Below, one piece after another: positions 41,554 to 51,047 of a stretch of DNA of 64,000 nucleotides. This DNA is from Clostridia bacterium (GTDB lineage: Bacteria; Bacillota; Clostridia; TANB77; CAG-508), in assembly GCA_017429505.1 (NCBI GenBank), contig JAFROW010000008.1, positions 503 through 64,502 on the forward strand, written 5' to 3'. The notes under the pieces are model-generated. The model saw only the letters and a program-made list of their open reading frames with translations, had not been told where the DNA came from and ran no database searches. A program made the translations under genes and the position numbers. Position 1 is the stretch's first letter. Every line of letters starts with the position of its first letter.

Positions 41554-41698
41554 TTAGTATAAATATTAAAATTTAAAAACATGCGTAAGCGACCAAACGA
41601 AGCGTAGCTGAGTGCGAACTGGAGCAATCTTCATACTAGTATTTTTGAATATGGGGATTGCGACACCAAATGTTTAAAAATTTTAATATTTATACTAA
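41554..41698. repeat. 145-bp element with 29-bp terminal inverted repeats (MITE/REP-like)
   Basis: TTAGTATAAATATTAAAATTTAAAAACAT vs ATGTTTAAAAATTTTAATATTTATACTAA; GC-richer core with a GCAATC..GATTGC hairpin. Confidence 0.75.
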
Positions 41699-41716
41699 GT
41701 AATTTTTACAAAAATT

Positions 41717-42739
41717 CTAAGCTTCTCCCTCTACAGTTGGAGGCGTTTCTTTTTTCTCCTTTTCATCTTTATTATTTTCTTCTTTTTCTTCTTGTTCTTC
41801 TTTTTTATCTTCTTCCTTCTTTTCTTCTTTTTTTTCTTCGTCTTTTTGTTCTTCCTGCTCTTGCTTTTTTGCTTCTATTACTTTCATTAGCTCTATTTGT
41901 TGCCTAATAACATCTGATTTTATCATAAAAATTGCAGCTGTTAAGCAAATAAACGAAATTGCTGTATACATTAAATCAAAATATTTAATATTAAATCCTG
42001 TAAAAGTATTTATAATTATATATATAAGCTGTAAGATTGTTGAAAGAGTAATAGAATAAACTGACATATTAAATACTGCTCTATATCTTATTCTAATTCC
42101 TGCAACTAATGTTGTTATCATACCAAATAGTGACAAAATAAGTACATCTAATAATGTTTTTATAAAATATCCTATAAAAAGATATATTGTTCCTGTTATT
42201 AAAAATACTATATAAATATTTGGTCCATTTAGCTGTTCATTTACAAAATTAATTATTTTAGCTTTATCAAAACTTTTTATTTCAAAATTATCTAAAATGT
42301 CTTTATAATATAGCCTAAAACTTCCCTCATCATATTTTACTATTGCAAATTCTTTTAACCATATTATCTCAGTATTGACTAAAGATTTTTTATTTTCTAA
42401 TTCTTTTATTTGCTCCTCTGTAAGTTCTTCAGTGTTTACTATAATATTACCCCACTCTGTTGTTGCACTTTTGTTTACTGAATCTAAATTTAAAACTCCT
42501 TCAGAATAAGTTATTTCATTAAAATTTTTATCTAAGAAATCTACGCCTTGTCTTGTAAGTCTAACAAATTTTATCATAAATGCAACACTAAGAACTATAG
42601 AAAATATAAACATAAACCATATAAGATATCTAAAGGCTCTTCCAACTCCTTCTGTAGCCATTTCTGGATATCTTTCAAATTTTGTAATTGAATACCAAAC
42701 CTTTTTATGTTTTGGTATATATACAATTTCTTCTTCCAT
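41717..42739 (-). CDS. DUF1189-like membrane protein with acidic tail
   Basis: N-terminal TM segment, extracellular loop, C-terminal TM bundle with MSVYSITLSTIL. Confidence 0.75.
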   Translation of the reverse strand: MEEEIVYIPKHKKVWYSITKFERYPEMATEGVGRAFRYLIWFMFIFSIVLSVAFMIKFVRLTRQGVDFLDKNFNEITYSEGVLNLDSVNKSATTEWGNIIVNTEELTEEQIKELENKKSLVNTEIIWLKEFAIVKYDEGSFRLYYKDILDNFEIKSFDKAKIINFVNEQLNGPNIYIVFLITGTIYLFIGYFIKTLLDVLILSLFGMITTLVAGIRIRYRAVFNMSVYSITLSTILQLIYIIINTFTGFNIKYFDLMYTAISFICLTAAIFMIKSDVIRQQIELMKVIEAKKQEQEEQKDEEKKEEKKEEDKKEEQEEKEENNKDEKEKKETPPTVEGEA

Positions 42740-42798
42740 TATTAATCCTCTTTTCTTTGTAAAAAAATCCTTTAATAGTCTTAGATACTAGCTAAAAT

Positions 42799-43992
42799 TC
42801 ACCTGTATTCCCTTCTAATACTGCTATCTACATACATTGGGCTTACATTAAATAAAACTTCATCATTTATATTTACATCTTTTCCTGTTATATCTGCAGA
42901 AACATGATACATTCCAATTCTTCCTAAAACCTTACATTTTTGACCATTTATCTCAACATACAAATCTTGCTTTTTAAAATAATCTTTTATATCTCTTACT
43001 ATATATCTTATTTTATCTCTTATTCTAAACATATCTCTTTGGACAGAAACGTTAAATCCATCTGCATATCCACAAGGAATAATTGCAATTTTTGTTTGAC
43101 TTTTAGCTGTGTATGAATTTGAATACCCTATATTGTATCCTTTTTGTAGAATTTTTATTTCTGCTACATTTGATTTTAAAAATCCTATTTTTTTAAGTCC
43201 ATAAATATTTGGAATAGAAAGTCTACCTAAAAATGCAGATCCCACTCTTACCGCATTTAGTCTCATTTCTTTATATTTTAAAAATGCAGAAGAATTGCAT
43301 ATATGTAACATTCCTGTTTCAATTCCATTTTGTTTTAAAAATTCAACACAATCTATAAACCTGTCAAATTGCTGTTTTGAAAATTTGTCTTTTTCATAAA
43401 AAGCTAGTGATAAATGTGAAAAAGTTCCTGTTATTTTTATGTTTGCTGTTTCATTTGTTTTATCAGTTTTATTCGTCTTTTCTGTTTTATCTGTGTTGTT
43501 AGCTTCATCTGTTTTAGTAGTCTCTTTTAATGCTTGAACCATTTCATCTTTTTTATCATAGCAAAAACCATATCTTCCAAAACCTGTATCAATTTTTAAA
43601 TGTGCTTCTATAGTTTTATTAAGCTTGATTGCAACTTTTTGGGCCATTTGCAATGCATCTTTTGAACCTATAGAAATAATTATATTGTTGTTTGCTAAAA
43701 GTTCTACTTCTTTTTCTATAGCAGTTGAAGAAAGCATTATAATTTTCGTAATAACTCCGGATTCTCTTAATTTTATTGCTTCTTCCACAGTAGATACTGC
43801 TAAAAAATTAATTCCATTATCTATTAAAAAATTAGCATATTGCACAAGTCCTAATCCATAGCCATTTCCTTTAACAACCGCAATAATTTGTAAAGGCTTG
43901 TGATTATCGCTTCTTCCGTTTTTTTCTGCTATTTCTTTAATCACTCTAATATTATGTTTTAAGTCTTGCCTGTTTACTAATAAAGATTTCAT
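42799..43992 (-). CDS. alr: Alanine racemase
   Basis: AVVKGNGYGLG (PLP lysine), HLKIDTGFGRYG, IGYS, GYADG, GRIGM. Confidence 0.93.
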   Translation of the reverse strand: MKSLLVNRQDLKHNIRVIKEIAEKNGRSDNHKPLQIIAVVKGNGYGLGLVQYANFLIDNGINFLAVSTVEEAIKLRESGVITKIIMLSSTAIEKEVELLANNNIIISIGSKDALQMAQKVAIKLNKTIEAHLKIDTGFGRYGFCYDKKDEMVQALKETTKTDEANNTDKTEKTNKTDKTNETANIKITGTFSHLSLAFYEKDKFSKQQFDRFIDCVEFLKQNGIETGMLHICNSSAFLKYKEMRLNAVRVGSAFLGRLSIPNIYGLKKIGFLKSNVAEIKILQKGYNIGYSNSYTAKSQTKIAIIPCGYADGFNVSVQRDMFRIRDKIRYIVRDIKDYFKKQDLYVEINGQKCKVLGRIGMYHVSADITGKDVNINDEVLFNVSPMYVDSSIRREYR

Positions 43993-44003
43993 TTTGATCC
44001 ACC

Positions 44004-45050
44004 TTATTTCTTAAACTTTAACTTTAATGCTCTTACATTTCTAAATACTTTTTCTGCAAATTTATATGTTCTATATCTTAAAGGCTTAAATTCCATATAT
44101 ACTTCACCAATAAATTCTGTATATTCAGCTCCAAATCCTTTTTTAAATCTATATAATCCATTGCTATTATCTGCAATTCCCGGAACTCCACGTAAATCGT
44201 ATATATCGCTTTTGTTTGCAAGTGCAATTTTTATCATTTCCCATTGCAATAGATAATTTGGCATCAAATTTCTGTGTTCATTACTACTTGCTCCATATAA
44301 ATACCAAGTTTTATTTCCATACATAATTACTATAACACCTGATATAGGCTTGTCCTCAAAATATGCCATTAAAAGCTTCATGTGTTTTGGTGCTAAACAA
44401 TCATACATTTTTTCAAAGTAACTTAAAGGTCTTGTTATAAAACCATCTCTGATTCCTGTTGTAACCATTATTTTGTGGAAGTCTTTTAAATCTTCTCTTG
44501 TTCCTTCTTTAATAGTTACTCCTTTTTTTGTTGCAAGCCTCACATTATATCTTGTTTTTGAATGTAAATTGCTAAATAACTCTTCTTCTGTTTTGCCTTT
44601 AGTATCTAGCCTAAATACATATCTTGGTTGAATTTCTTCTCTAAAATTTTTGGCATCATCTTTTATTTGATAACCCAAATCTAACATTATATTTCTAAAA
44701 CTTTGATCATCACTTTTTATATCTGGCTCAATTCTAATTACTATTGCATTATATTTTTTTGCTAAAGCCCCAACCCCTTCATTTATTTGTTTTAAAACTT
44801 CCATATTGTGAACATCACAAACAGGGCCTCTTGCTGAATACATTATGTTTCCGAAAATAGGGATTTTCCTAATCCAAACCATAAGTGCACCTATTATTTT
44901 TCCACTACTATCTTCTGCTAAAATTACTTCATGTTTCCAACTTGTTTTTACTTTTGACCATTCTATAGATTGTTGAAAATTACATCTTTCGTGTGATTCT
45001 AAAAAACTTGTATATTCTGCCTCTGACTTTTCGTCTGTTACAAATCTCAT
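44004..45050 (-). CDS. FemABX-family peptidoglycan bridge aminoacyltransferase
   Basis: FQQSIEW, RGPV, IQPR, KTRYNVR, YLYGAS, GLYRFKKGF. Confidence 0.93.
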   Translation of the reverse strand: MRFVTDEKSEAEYTSFLESHERCNFQQSIEWSKVKTSWKHEVILAEDSSGKIIGALMVWIRKIPIFGNIMYSARGPVCDVHNMEVLKQINEGVGALAKKYNAIVIRIEPDIKSDDQSFRNIMLDLGYQIKDDAKNFREEIQPRYVFRLDTKGKTEEELFSNLHSKTRYNVRLATKKGVTIKEGTREDLKDFHKIMVTTGIRDGFITRPLSYFEKMYDCLAPKHMKLLMAYFEDKPISGVIVIMYGNKTWYLYGASSNEHRNLMPNYLLQWEMIKIALANKSDIYDLRGVPGIADNSNGLYRFKKGFGAEYTEFIGEVYMEFKPLRYRTYKFAEKVFRNVRALKLKFKK

Positions 45051-45268
45051 TTTGTTTTTCTTCCTTTCAAATTCTTATTCTTTCTAATTTCGTTTACATT
45101 ATACTATAACTAATTTTTTATTTCAACAATTTTTGAGAAATTTTTATATAGAAAAATAGGAACACATAAATTTAATTTTTTATATACGTAAAATTTTCTA
45201 TGCAATAAAAAACACCCAATACATTGAGTGTTTTTCTATTTTTATAACATCTTCCCTTATATTATAAA

Positions 45269-45535
45269 TTATTTATCTCTATAATGAGAACCACATTGTG
45301 CAATTTCTATTACATCATTTTTTATTCTATAAACTATTCTATTTTTAATGTCTATTCTTCTACTCCAAAACTCTGATAAATCATTAGATAATCTTTCAGG
45401 CTTCCCTATGCCTTTATATCCGTTTCTTTCTATGTCCTTAATTAATTCATTTATTCTTTTTAGAGTTTTCTTATCTTCTTTTTGCCAATATAGATAATCT
45501 TCCCAAGCCCCATCATGCCACATCTTATTCATCAC
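45269..45535 (-). CDS. yoeB: Txe/YoeB family toxin
   Basis: AWEDYLYWQ, GIGKPERL, WSRRI, HY terminus. Confidence 0.93.
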   Translation of the reverse strand: MMNKMWHDGAWEDYLYWQKEDKKTLKRINELIKDIERNGYKGIGKPERLSNDLSEFWSRRIDIKNRIVYRIKNDVIEIAQCGSHYRDK

Positions 45536-45791
45536 TCATCTCTATTATTTCATGCTTGGTTCCTTTTCCATTATCCAAATCTTTTATAGCTTTTTTTAAT
45601 CTTTTCATATTTTGTTCACTATAAAAAGGATCATCTGCAGTTATTTCAAATGGAATTCTTTGTTCTCTTACTGATTTTTTTGCAAATATACAAAATGCTG
45701 TTGTCATTGTCATTCCAACATCCTTACAAAATTTATCAAATTGTTCTTTTAAATTTTTATCCATCCTAATATTCACATTTGTTTGAGTCAT
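45525..45791 (-). CDS. RelB/DinJ family antitoxin
   Basis: VNIRMD..LKEQF..GMTMTTAF..IPFEI..DPFYS; overlaps the toxin start; TTGACA-17-TATAAT promoter at 45814-45842. Confidence 0.92.
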   Translation of the reverse strand: MTQTNVNIRMDKNLKEQFDKFCKDVGMTMTTAFCIFAKKSVREQRIPFEITADDPFYSEQNMKRLKKAIKDLDNGKGTKHEIIEMSDE

Positions 45792-46043
45792 TTTTCTCAC
45801 TCCTTTCTCTTATATTATACTATTATTTATTTACAATGTCAATATATTTATTTGTTTTGTGTATTATATATAATTTATTATAAACATCTTGATATCATTT
45901 ACTTCATTTATTATATACAACATTCCTATTTTTAACATTTTTTGTTTTAAATATATGACATTTTTTCGTCTTGACAATTTTTCTTTTTATTTGTATAATT
46001 TGTTTTGAAAATTTTTTAACTTAAGTGAAAGGATGAAGTAAAA

Positions 46044-46544
46044 ATGTCAACTTTACCCATATTTTTAAAATACATATTAACGGGATTAATTGGAATGGTT
46101 CCAATTATAGAGCTTAGAGGTGCTATACCTATTGGAGTAGGAGTATTTCACCTAAACTATGTTGAGGCTTTTTTATGTAGCTTGATTGGAAATATAATTC
46201 CTGTATATTTTATTGTTAAATACATTAGACCTTTATTTGATTTTTTTGGAAGATGGAAACCTTTTAAAAAAATAATTGATTTTGCTTCTGAAAAAGCAAA
46301 TAAGCAAATTGCAGAAAATAAAAAATTGCAAACAGCTGTGAGTTTTGCGCTATTTGCATTTGTTGCAATTCCACTTCCCGGAACAGGTGCATGGGTTGGT
46401 TCACTTATTGCAAACTTCTTAGACTTAAAACCTAAAAAAGCTATACCTCCAATTATTGTAGGTGTTTTTACAGCAGGAGTTATTGTTTTAAGTGCAACAG
46501 CTATGGCTAAAGGTGGAATTGAATATTTGGTACAACATAACTAA
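46044..46544 (+). CDS. Small multi-drug export family protein (COG2426)
   Basis: PIIELRGAIP, FVAIPLPGTGAWVG. Confidence 0.92.
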   Translation: MSTLPIFLKYILTGLIGMVPIIELRGAIPIGVGVFHLNYVEAFLCSLIGNIIPVYFIVKYIRPLFDFFGRWKPFKKIIDFASEKANKQIAENKKLQTAVSFALFAFVAIPLPGTGAWVGSLIANFLDLKPKKAIPPIIVGVFTAGVIVLSATAMAKGGIEYLVQHN

Positions 46545-46642
46545 TATTTTAAAAATTCATAAACTAATCTTGATAAGGTCCTATATCTTAAGTATATTTT
46601 ATATTTTTATACTTTTGCCAACATTTTCAAACAAAAAATAAA

Positions 46643-46689
46643 CCCCGGGAGTAGCTGCGTAAGACATTTTCGTCGACGCACTCCCGGGG
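46643..46689 (-). terminator. GC-rich branched hairpin terminator
   Basis: CCCCGGGAGT...ACTCCCGGGG with an adjacent A-tract (U-tract on the minus strand). Confidence 0.7.
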
Positions 46690-46730
46690 CCTGTTCAGCC
46701 ATTATTTAGTTTTTTTTTGAAAGCTAGGCT

Positions 46731-47198
46731 TTACTCGCCAGCTTCCCAGATTTTCTCATTTGCCCACTCGCGCTGAGGAGTGGGGTCTCCCCCATAGGGG
46801 ATCTCAGGAATGTCATTAATGTTAACTTCTACGGGTTGAATCACCACGCCATCGGGGATCATTTCCAAGGATTCGTACGCTTCCTGACGTTCCTCGTCCG
46901 GCTTAAAGCCGTCTTCGCCTTCTGTGTATGCACCACCTGTATAATAGGCTGTTTCTTCCCCTGATTCGTTAGCTATAATGCCAACATTTTGGTTGTCCTT
47001 ATATACTTCTGTCAAATATGAACCTCCTTCGTCATATGTATCCTCATGGTAGTTAGAGCCTTCCAGACAGGAATTTTCCTCCTGATAGGAGGTAGACCCA
47101 TCCAAGCGCATCTCGCAGGCCATTGCCGGCAGAACCAGTGTCATCACGAATGCCAAAACAACTGCAACAATCATCAGTTTCTTCATAATTTTTTTCAT
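46731..47198 (-). CDS. Secreted acidic hypothetical protein, GC-rich gene
   Basis: SD AGGAG before ATG 47198; signal peptide ending AMA; promoter TTGACA-17-TATAAT at 47274-47302. Confidence 0.75.
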   Translation of the reverse strand: MKKIMKKLMIVAVVLAFVMTLVLPAMACEMRLDGSTSYQEENSCLEGSNYHEDTYDEGGSYLTEVYKDNQNVGIIANESGEETAYYTGGAYTEGEDGFKPDEERQEAYESLEMIPDGVVIQPVEVNINDIPEIPYGGDPTPQREWANEKIWEAGE

Positions 47199-47399
47199 GT
47201 CTTCTCCTTTCTCCATCGTTTTCAACGATTGAGGTTGCAAAATTGGCTGAACAACTATATTTACTACAATTCTATTATACCATATTTTTCTATTGTTGTC
47301 AATATTTTATGTAAATCACACTGCTTTTTTATGTAAATCATGTTGTTCTATTGTGTAAATAATACTACACTATTGCTATAATTCTATTATAAAAATATT

Positions 47400-47690
47400 T
47401 TATTTGTTATTATAATTGCTCACTATCTCTGATGGAATTTGATCAAGTTCTTTTTCATAACCTTCTCTTTCTCTTTTTAACCTATCAATTTGAAATCTTA
47501 ATTCTTCTATAATTGAATCTTTTTCAAATATTATTTTTTTATTTTCTTTTTCAAGATCCCTTGCTTTTTTTAAATATTCAGTTTTAAGATTTGCAATCTT
47601 TTTTTCATTTTCCTCATGTCTTTTTTTCAATTTTTCATTATACTTTAATAACCTATTAAAATTAAATTTTACAAATTCTTCTTTTAACAT
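47400..47690 (-). CDS. Small coiled-coil protein, paralogue of 47816
   Basis: Heptad pattern; KD..I..L..Q...LK.E......L..IP motif. Confidence 0.75.
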   Translation of the reverse strand: MLKEEFVKFNFNRLLKYNEKLKKRHEENEKKIANLKTEYLKKARDLEKENKKIIFEKDSIIEELRFQIDRLKREREGYEKELDQIPSEIVSNYNNK

Positions 47691-47815
47691 TTTTACACCT
47701 TTTCCCCTTCTTTATAATATCTTTAAAACTATATTTCTTATATCAAAAATATATCCAAATTAAAATATATTACCAATAAAGTCACAATCTTAAATTCCAT
47801 TAACCTCATAATTTT

Positions 47816-48112
47816 TTAAAAACTAATTTTTTTATACATTTTTCTAACAGAAAATGGAATATTATTAAGTTGTTTTCTCAAACTATTTGTTTCGTTTTTC
47901 AAATCTTGTAACTGAATTTTTAAAATATTTATTTCATTATCTTTTGAATTTATTATTCCATCATACCTTTGAGCATATTTTTGTATAATATTTTCACTTT
48001 CTTCTATCAATTGCTGAGTTTTATTATAGTCATCGTTTGTCTTGTTTTCCATTAAAACAGCGAAATTATAATGTTTTATAAAATCTTGTTTAAATTGTTC
48101 ATCTATTACCAT
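47816..48112 (-). CDS. Small coiled-coil protein, paralogue of 47400
   Basis: Same motif; SD AGGAG. Confidence 0.75.
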   Translation of the reverse strand: MVIDEQFKQDFIKHYNFAVLMENKTNDDYNKTQQLIEESENIIQKYAQRYDGIINSKDNEINILKIQLQDLKNETNSLRKQLNNIPFSVRKMYKKISF

Positions 48113-48215
48113 ATTTTCTTAAGCTCCTTTTAATTATTTAGGTTTTTAATCAAGGTTCTACCTATAAACCATTATTTAAAAATATGTTACTTTATAAATA
48201 TTTCCATTCCAAAAA

Positions 48216-51020
48216 TCATCTTTCTTTACTCATACTTATATGTTCAATAGCTTTATAAAAATTATTTAAGGTATAATATCCTCCCTTATATTGAAAACTT
48301 TTTGAATTAGGTTTCTCTATTTTATCGTTAAATTTAAATTCATTATTTTTTTCAAAATCAATATCATAACACAATTTTTCGGGCATTTTAATATTTATAA
48401 CTCTAACTTTTCCTTCTTCGTCTGAGATAAATTTGTTATTTTTTATTGTTACATTGTTGCACTTTGTAAGAGTAAGCATTTCCGAGTCTTTGCTACCACA
48501 ATTCTGTAATTCATTACCTTCAAAAATAACTTTATAAACTGTTCCTCTTTTTTCTTCAAATCCGCCAATCTGGACACCATATAAACAATTTAAAATGTAA
48601 TTATTTTTTACTGTAATATTCTCTGTTTCTCCATTTTTTGTTCCAGAATATGCAGTGTTTGCTATTTCTGCACCTATTTCAATTCCGCCCTCACATAAAC
48701 TTACTGTATTATTTTCTATTAAAATATCTTCCCCACCATCTACATAAATTCCGTAAGCTGAATCTGGATCATAAGGAGATTTACACTTACTAACATTACA
48801 ATTTCTAATTGTACCATTTCTTGGTCTATCTAACTTCTTATCTTCACAAGTACCTTGATTTCCACAAATACATATTCCAATATTTGATTTTACATTATTT
48901 GAAGTAATCATAACGTTTTCTATTAAAAAGTTTGTAATATTGCCTTCAAATGAAATTACTTCTGAGAATCCTGCTGCAACATCTTTACACTTGCAATTTT
49001 TAACTACTATGTTATTAATTGGAGTAATACTGCTTCCTACAACATAAATTGCATTAGAGCCTTTATCTGGATCTTTTTCATGCACACATCTTATATCTTC
49101 AAATGTACAATTATCAATTGTAATATCTGAAGTATTATCTCCATAAACCTTAACTCCTTGAGAATTATCTGCTAACATATGTGCAAATACAAATCCTTCT
49201 ACATATATTTTTTTTGAATTTTTTATTGAAAATAAGCTTCCACTTAGATTTTTTCCATCTATTATAACTTCTCCTTCTGCTTTAATGGTTATATCTTGTT
49301 TATTATGTATTTTTACTTTTTCATTATAGTCCCCTTCTTTAACAATTATAGTATCACCTGGTTGTGCTTTTTCTACCGCTTCTGAAATAGTTTTATATGT
49401 TCGTTCATCTTCGCTATCTTCTTTAGATACATAATATATATTTCCATTATTATTTTGAGTGTCTGCACCAGTGTTTTCGGTAGATTGATCAGTTGTAGAG
49501 TTCTGAGATACGTTTTGATGATTTTTTAAATATATTTCTTTTTCTACATCTTGTATAGCTTTTTCTATATTTTCAATCAGCTTCTTTTGTTGTTCTGGGT
49601 TTACTATATGTATAGCAGCATCTTTATTTCCATAAACTTCATCTTCTTCACCTATTATGTCTCCATTTTCATGTGCTAAATTATGTTTATTGTTTGTTAT
49701 TTCTATATAATATGCATAATCTAGCTTGCTACATAATTCTTTACTATGTTCATTAAATTCTTTTAGTTGATTTCTTCCATTTTCATCAAACCTATTTGGA
49801 ACATATTCTTCTTGAACCAAAATAATTGCATTAGGATATTTTTCGTGAGCTTCTTCTATTAATTTGTCCATATCACTCTTTACTAAATCGTTAACTCCCA
49901 TAGATATGTATACTCTTGTAATAGTAGTATTTTCATTTGCAGATTGCATCCATTTTATTCCATCAGCTGTTGTTGCGCTATCTACTGCATAATAGTTTTC
50001 TTCTTTAATACTTTTAGGTAATAAATGCTTTATTCCATTCATTCTAGAGTGAGAGATTATGACCATGTTTTCATTGAAAAAGTCTGAAATATCTCCTGTG
50101 AATGGTTTTCCTTCAATTGTTTTCGCCTCAGAATTATTTGTGTCTGTTGCTTGAGTTTGATTGTCAGATTGGGTTTGAGTTTGGTCTAAAGTTTGAGATA
50201 AATCTGTATTATAATAATATAAGCTTCCATCTTCTATTTCTGGAAATACTAGTGGCTCATCTGTATAATCTAAATAAAATTTCCAACCATAGTTTCCAAA
50301 AATCAAAGTTCCAATCATTCCATATAAAGCAAGTCTAAAATTTCTGTTTTCTTTTTCTTCTCTTATTTTGTTCTCTTCTCTTTTTAATTTCCATTTATTT
50401 AAAGTTCTTTTTATAAAGCCTTCTTTTTTTGGTTCTATTCTTTTTAATTGACTGTCACTTTTTTTTGTTGGAATTTCTTCTTTCTTCTTATCTCTATTCT
50501 GTATAATAGCTGTATCTTCGCCTTTAGTTTCACTTTTATTATCTTCTTTTCTTTTTTCAGAATCAGATTTGACTACATTTACAGCTTTTTCTTCTACTAT
50601 TCCTTCAGAAACTATTTCTCTTTCTTTTGAATCAACTTCAACAACATTTACAGCTGTATCTTCTACTTTTTCATCAGGAACTATTTTTCTTGTTTTTTGT
50701 TTTTGCTTTGATTGTGTTTTTGCCTGCTTGGTTAAATTACTAGGATTTTTTTGTCCTTTTATTATCTCATCTGGATCTATTCCAAATTTTCTTATAAAAA
50801 CTTGCTTTGTAGGATATATATATGGTGAATGAATTGACTTTCCTCTTTTATTTAAAAACTCAATTTTATATTTAGAAGATTCTTTTTTCACTTTTAATTC
50901 ACAGACTTTTTCAAGCTTTTTTCTTAGTTCATAAAAATCTTCCCTATCACTATATTTAAAATCAAAGTATTTTTTATTTTTTTCTATTATATCCCCTTTT
51001 TTACTACTATACGTAGACAT
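48216..51020 (-). CDS. Single-pass membrane protein: SGNH-like domain plus right-handed parallel beta-helix (pectin-lyase fold)
   Basis: TM at about aa 230-250; SHSRM/MGVND/AIH SGNH-like blocks; YKTISEAVEKAQPGDTIIVKEGDY and YGIYVDGGEDILIENN repeats. Confidence 0.8.
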   Translation of the reverse strand: MSTYSSKKGDIIEKNKKYFDFKYSDREDFYELRKKLEKVCELKVKKESSKYKIEFLNKRGKSIHSPYIYPTKQVFIRKFGIDPDEIIKGQKNPSNLTKQAKTQSKQKQKTRKIVPDEKVEDTAVNVVEVDSKEREIVSEGIVEEKAVNVVKSDSEKRKEDNKSETKGEDTAIIQNRDKKKEEIPTKKSDSQLKRIEPKKEGFIKRTLNKWKLKREENKIREEKENRNFRLALYGMIGTLIFGNYGWKFYLDYTDEPLVFPEIEDGSLYYYNTDLSQTLDQTQTQSDNQTQATDTNNSEAKTIEGKPFTGDISDFFNENMVIISHSRMNGIKHLLPKSIKEENYYAVDSATTADGIKWMQSANENTTITRVYISMGVNDLVKSDMDKLIEEAHEKYPNAIILVQEEYVPNRFDENGRNQLKEFNEHSKELCSKLDYAYYIEITNNKHNLAHENGDIIGEEDEVYGNKDAAIHIVNPEQQKKLIENIEKAIQDVEKEIYLKNHQNVSQNSTTDQSTENTGADTQNNNGNIYYVSKEDSEDERTYKTISEAVEKAQPGDTIIVKEGDYNEKVKIHNKQDITIKAEGEVIIDGKNLSGSLFSIKNSKKIYVEGFVFAHMLADNSQGVKVYGDNTSDITIDNCTFEDIRCVHEKDPDKGSNAIYVVGSSITPINNIVVKNCKCKDVAAGFSEVISFEGNITNFLIENVMITSNNVKSNIGICICGNQGTCEDKKLDRPRNGTIRNCNVSKCKSPYDPDSAYGIYVDGGEDILIENNTVSLCEGGIEIGAEIANTAYSGTKNGETENITVKNNYILNCLYGVQIGGFEEKRGTVYKVIFEGNELQNCGSKDSEMLTLTKCNNVTIKNNKFISDEEGKVRVINIKMPEKLCYDIDFEKNNEFKFNDKIEKPNSKSFQYKGGYYTLNNFYKAIEHISMSKER

Positions 51021-51047
51021 CTTTCTTCTCCCTATAATTATTCTTAA

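Noticed and set aside
45269-45791. RelB antitoxin paired with a YoeB toxin as a novel system
   Set aside because: Mixed RelB/DinJ-YoeB pairs are common in Bacillota.
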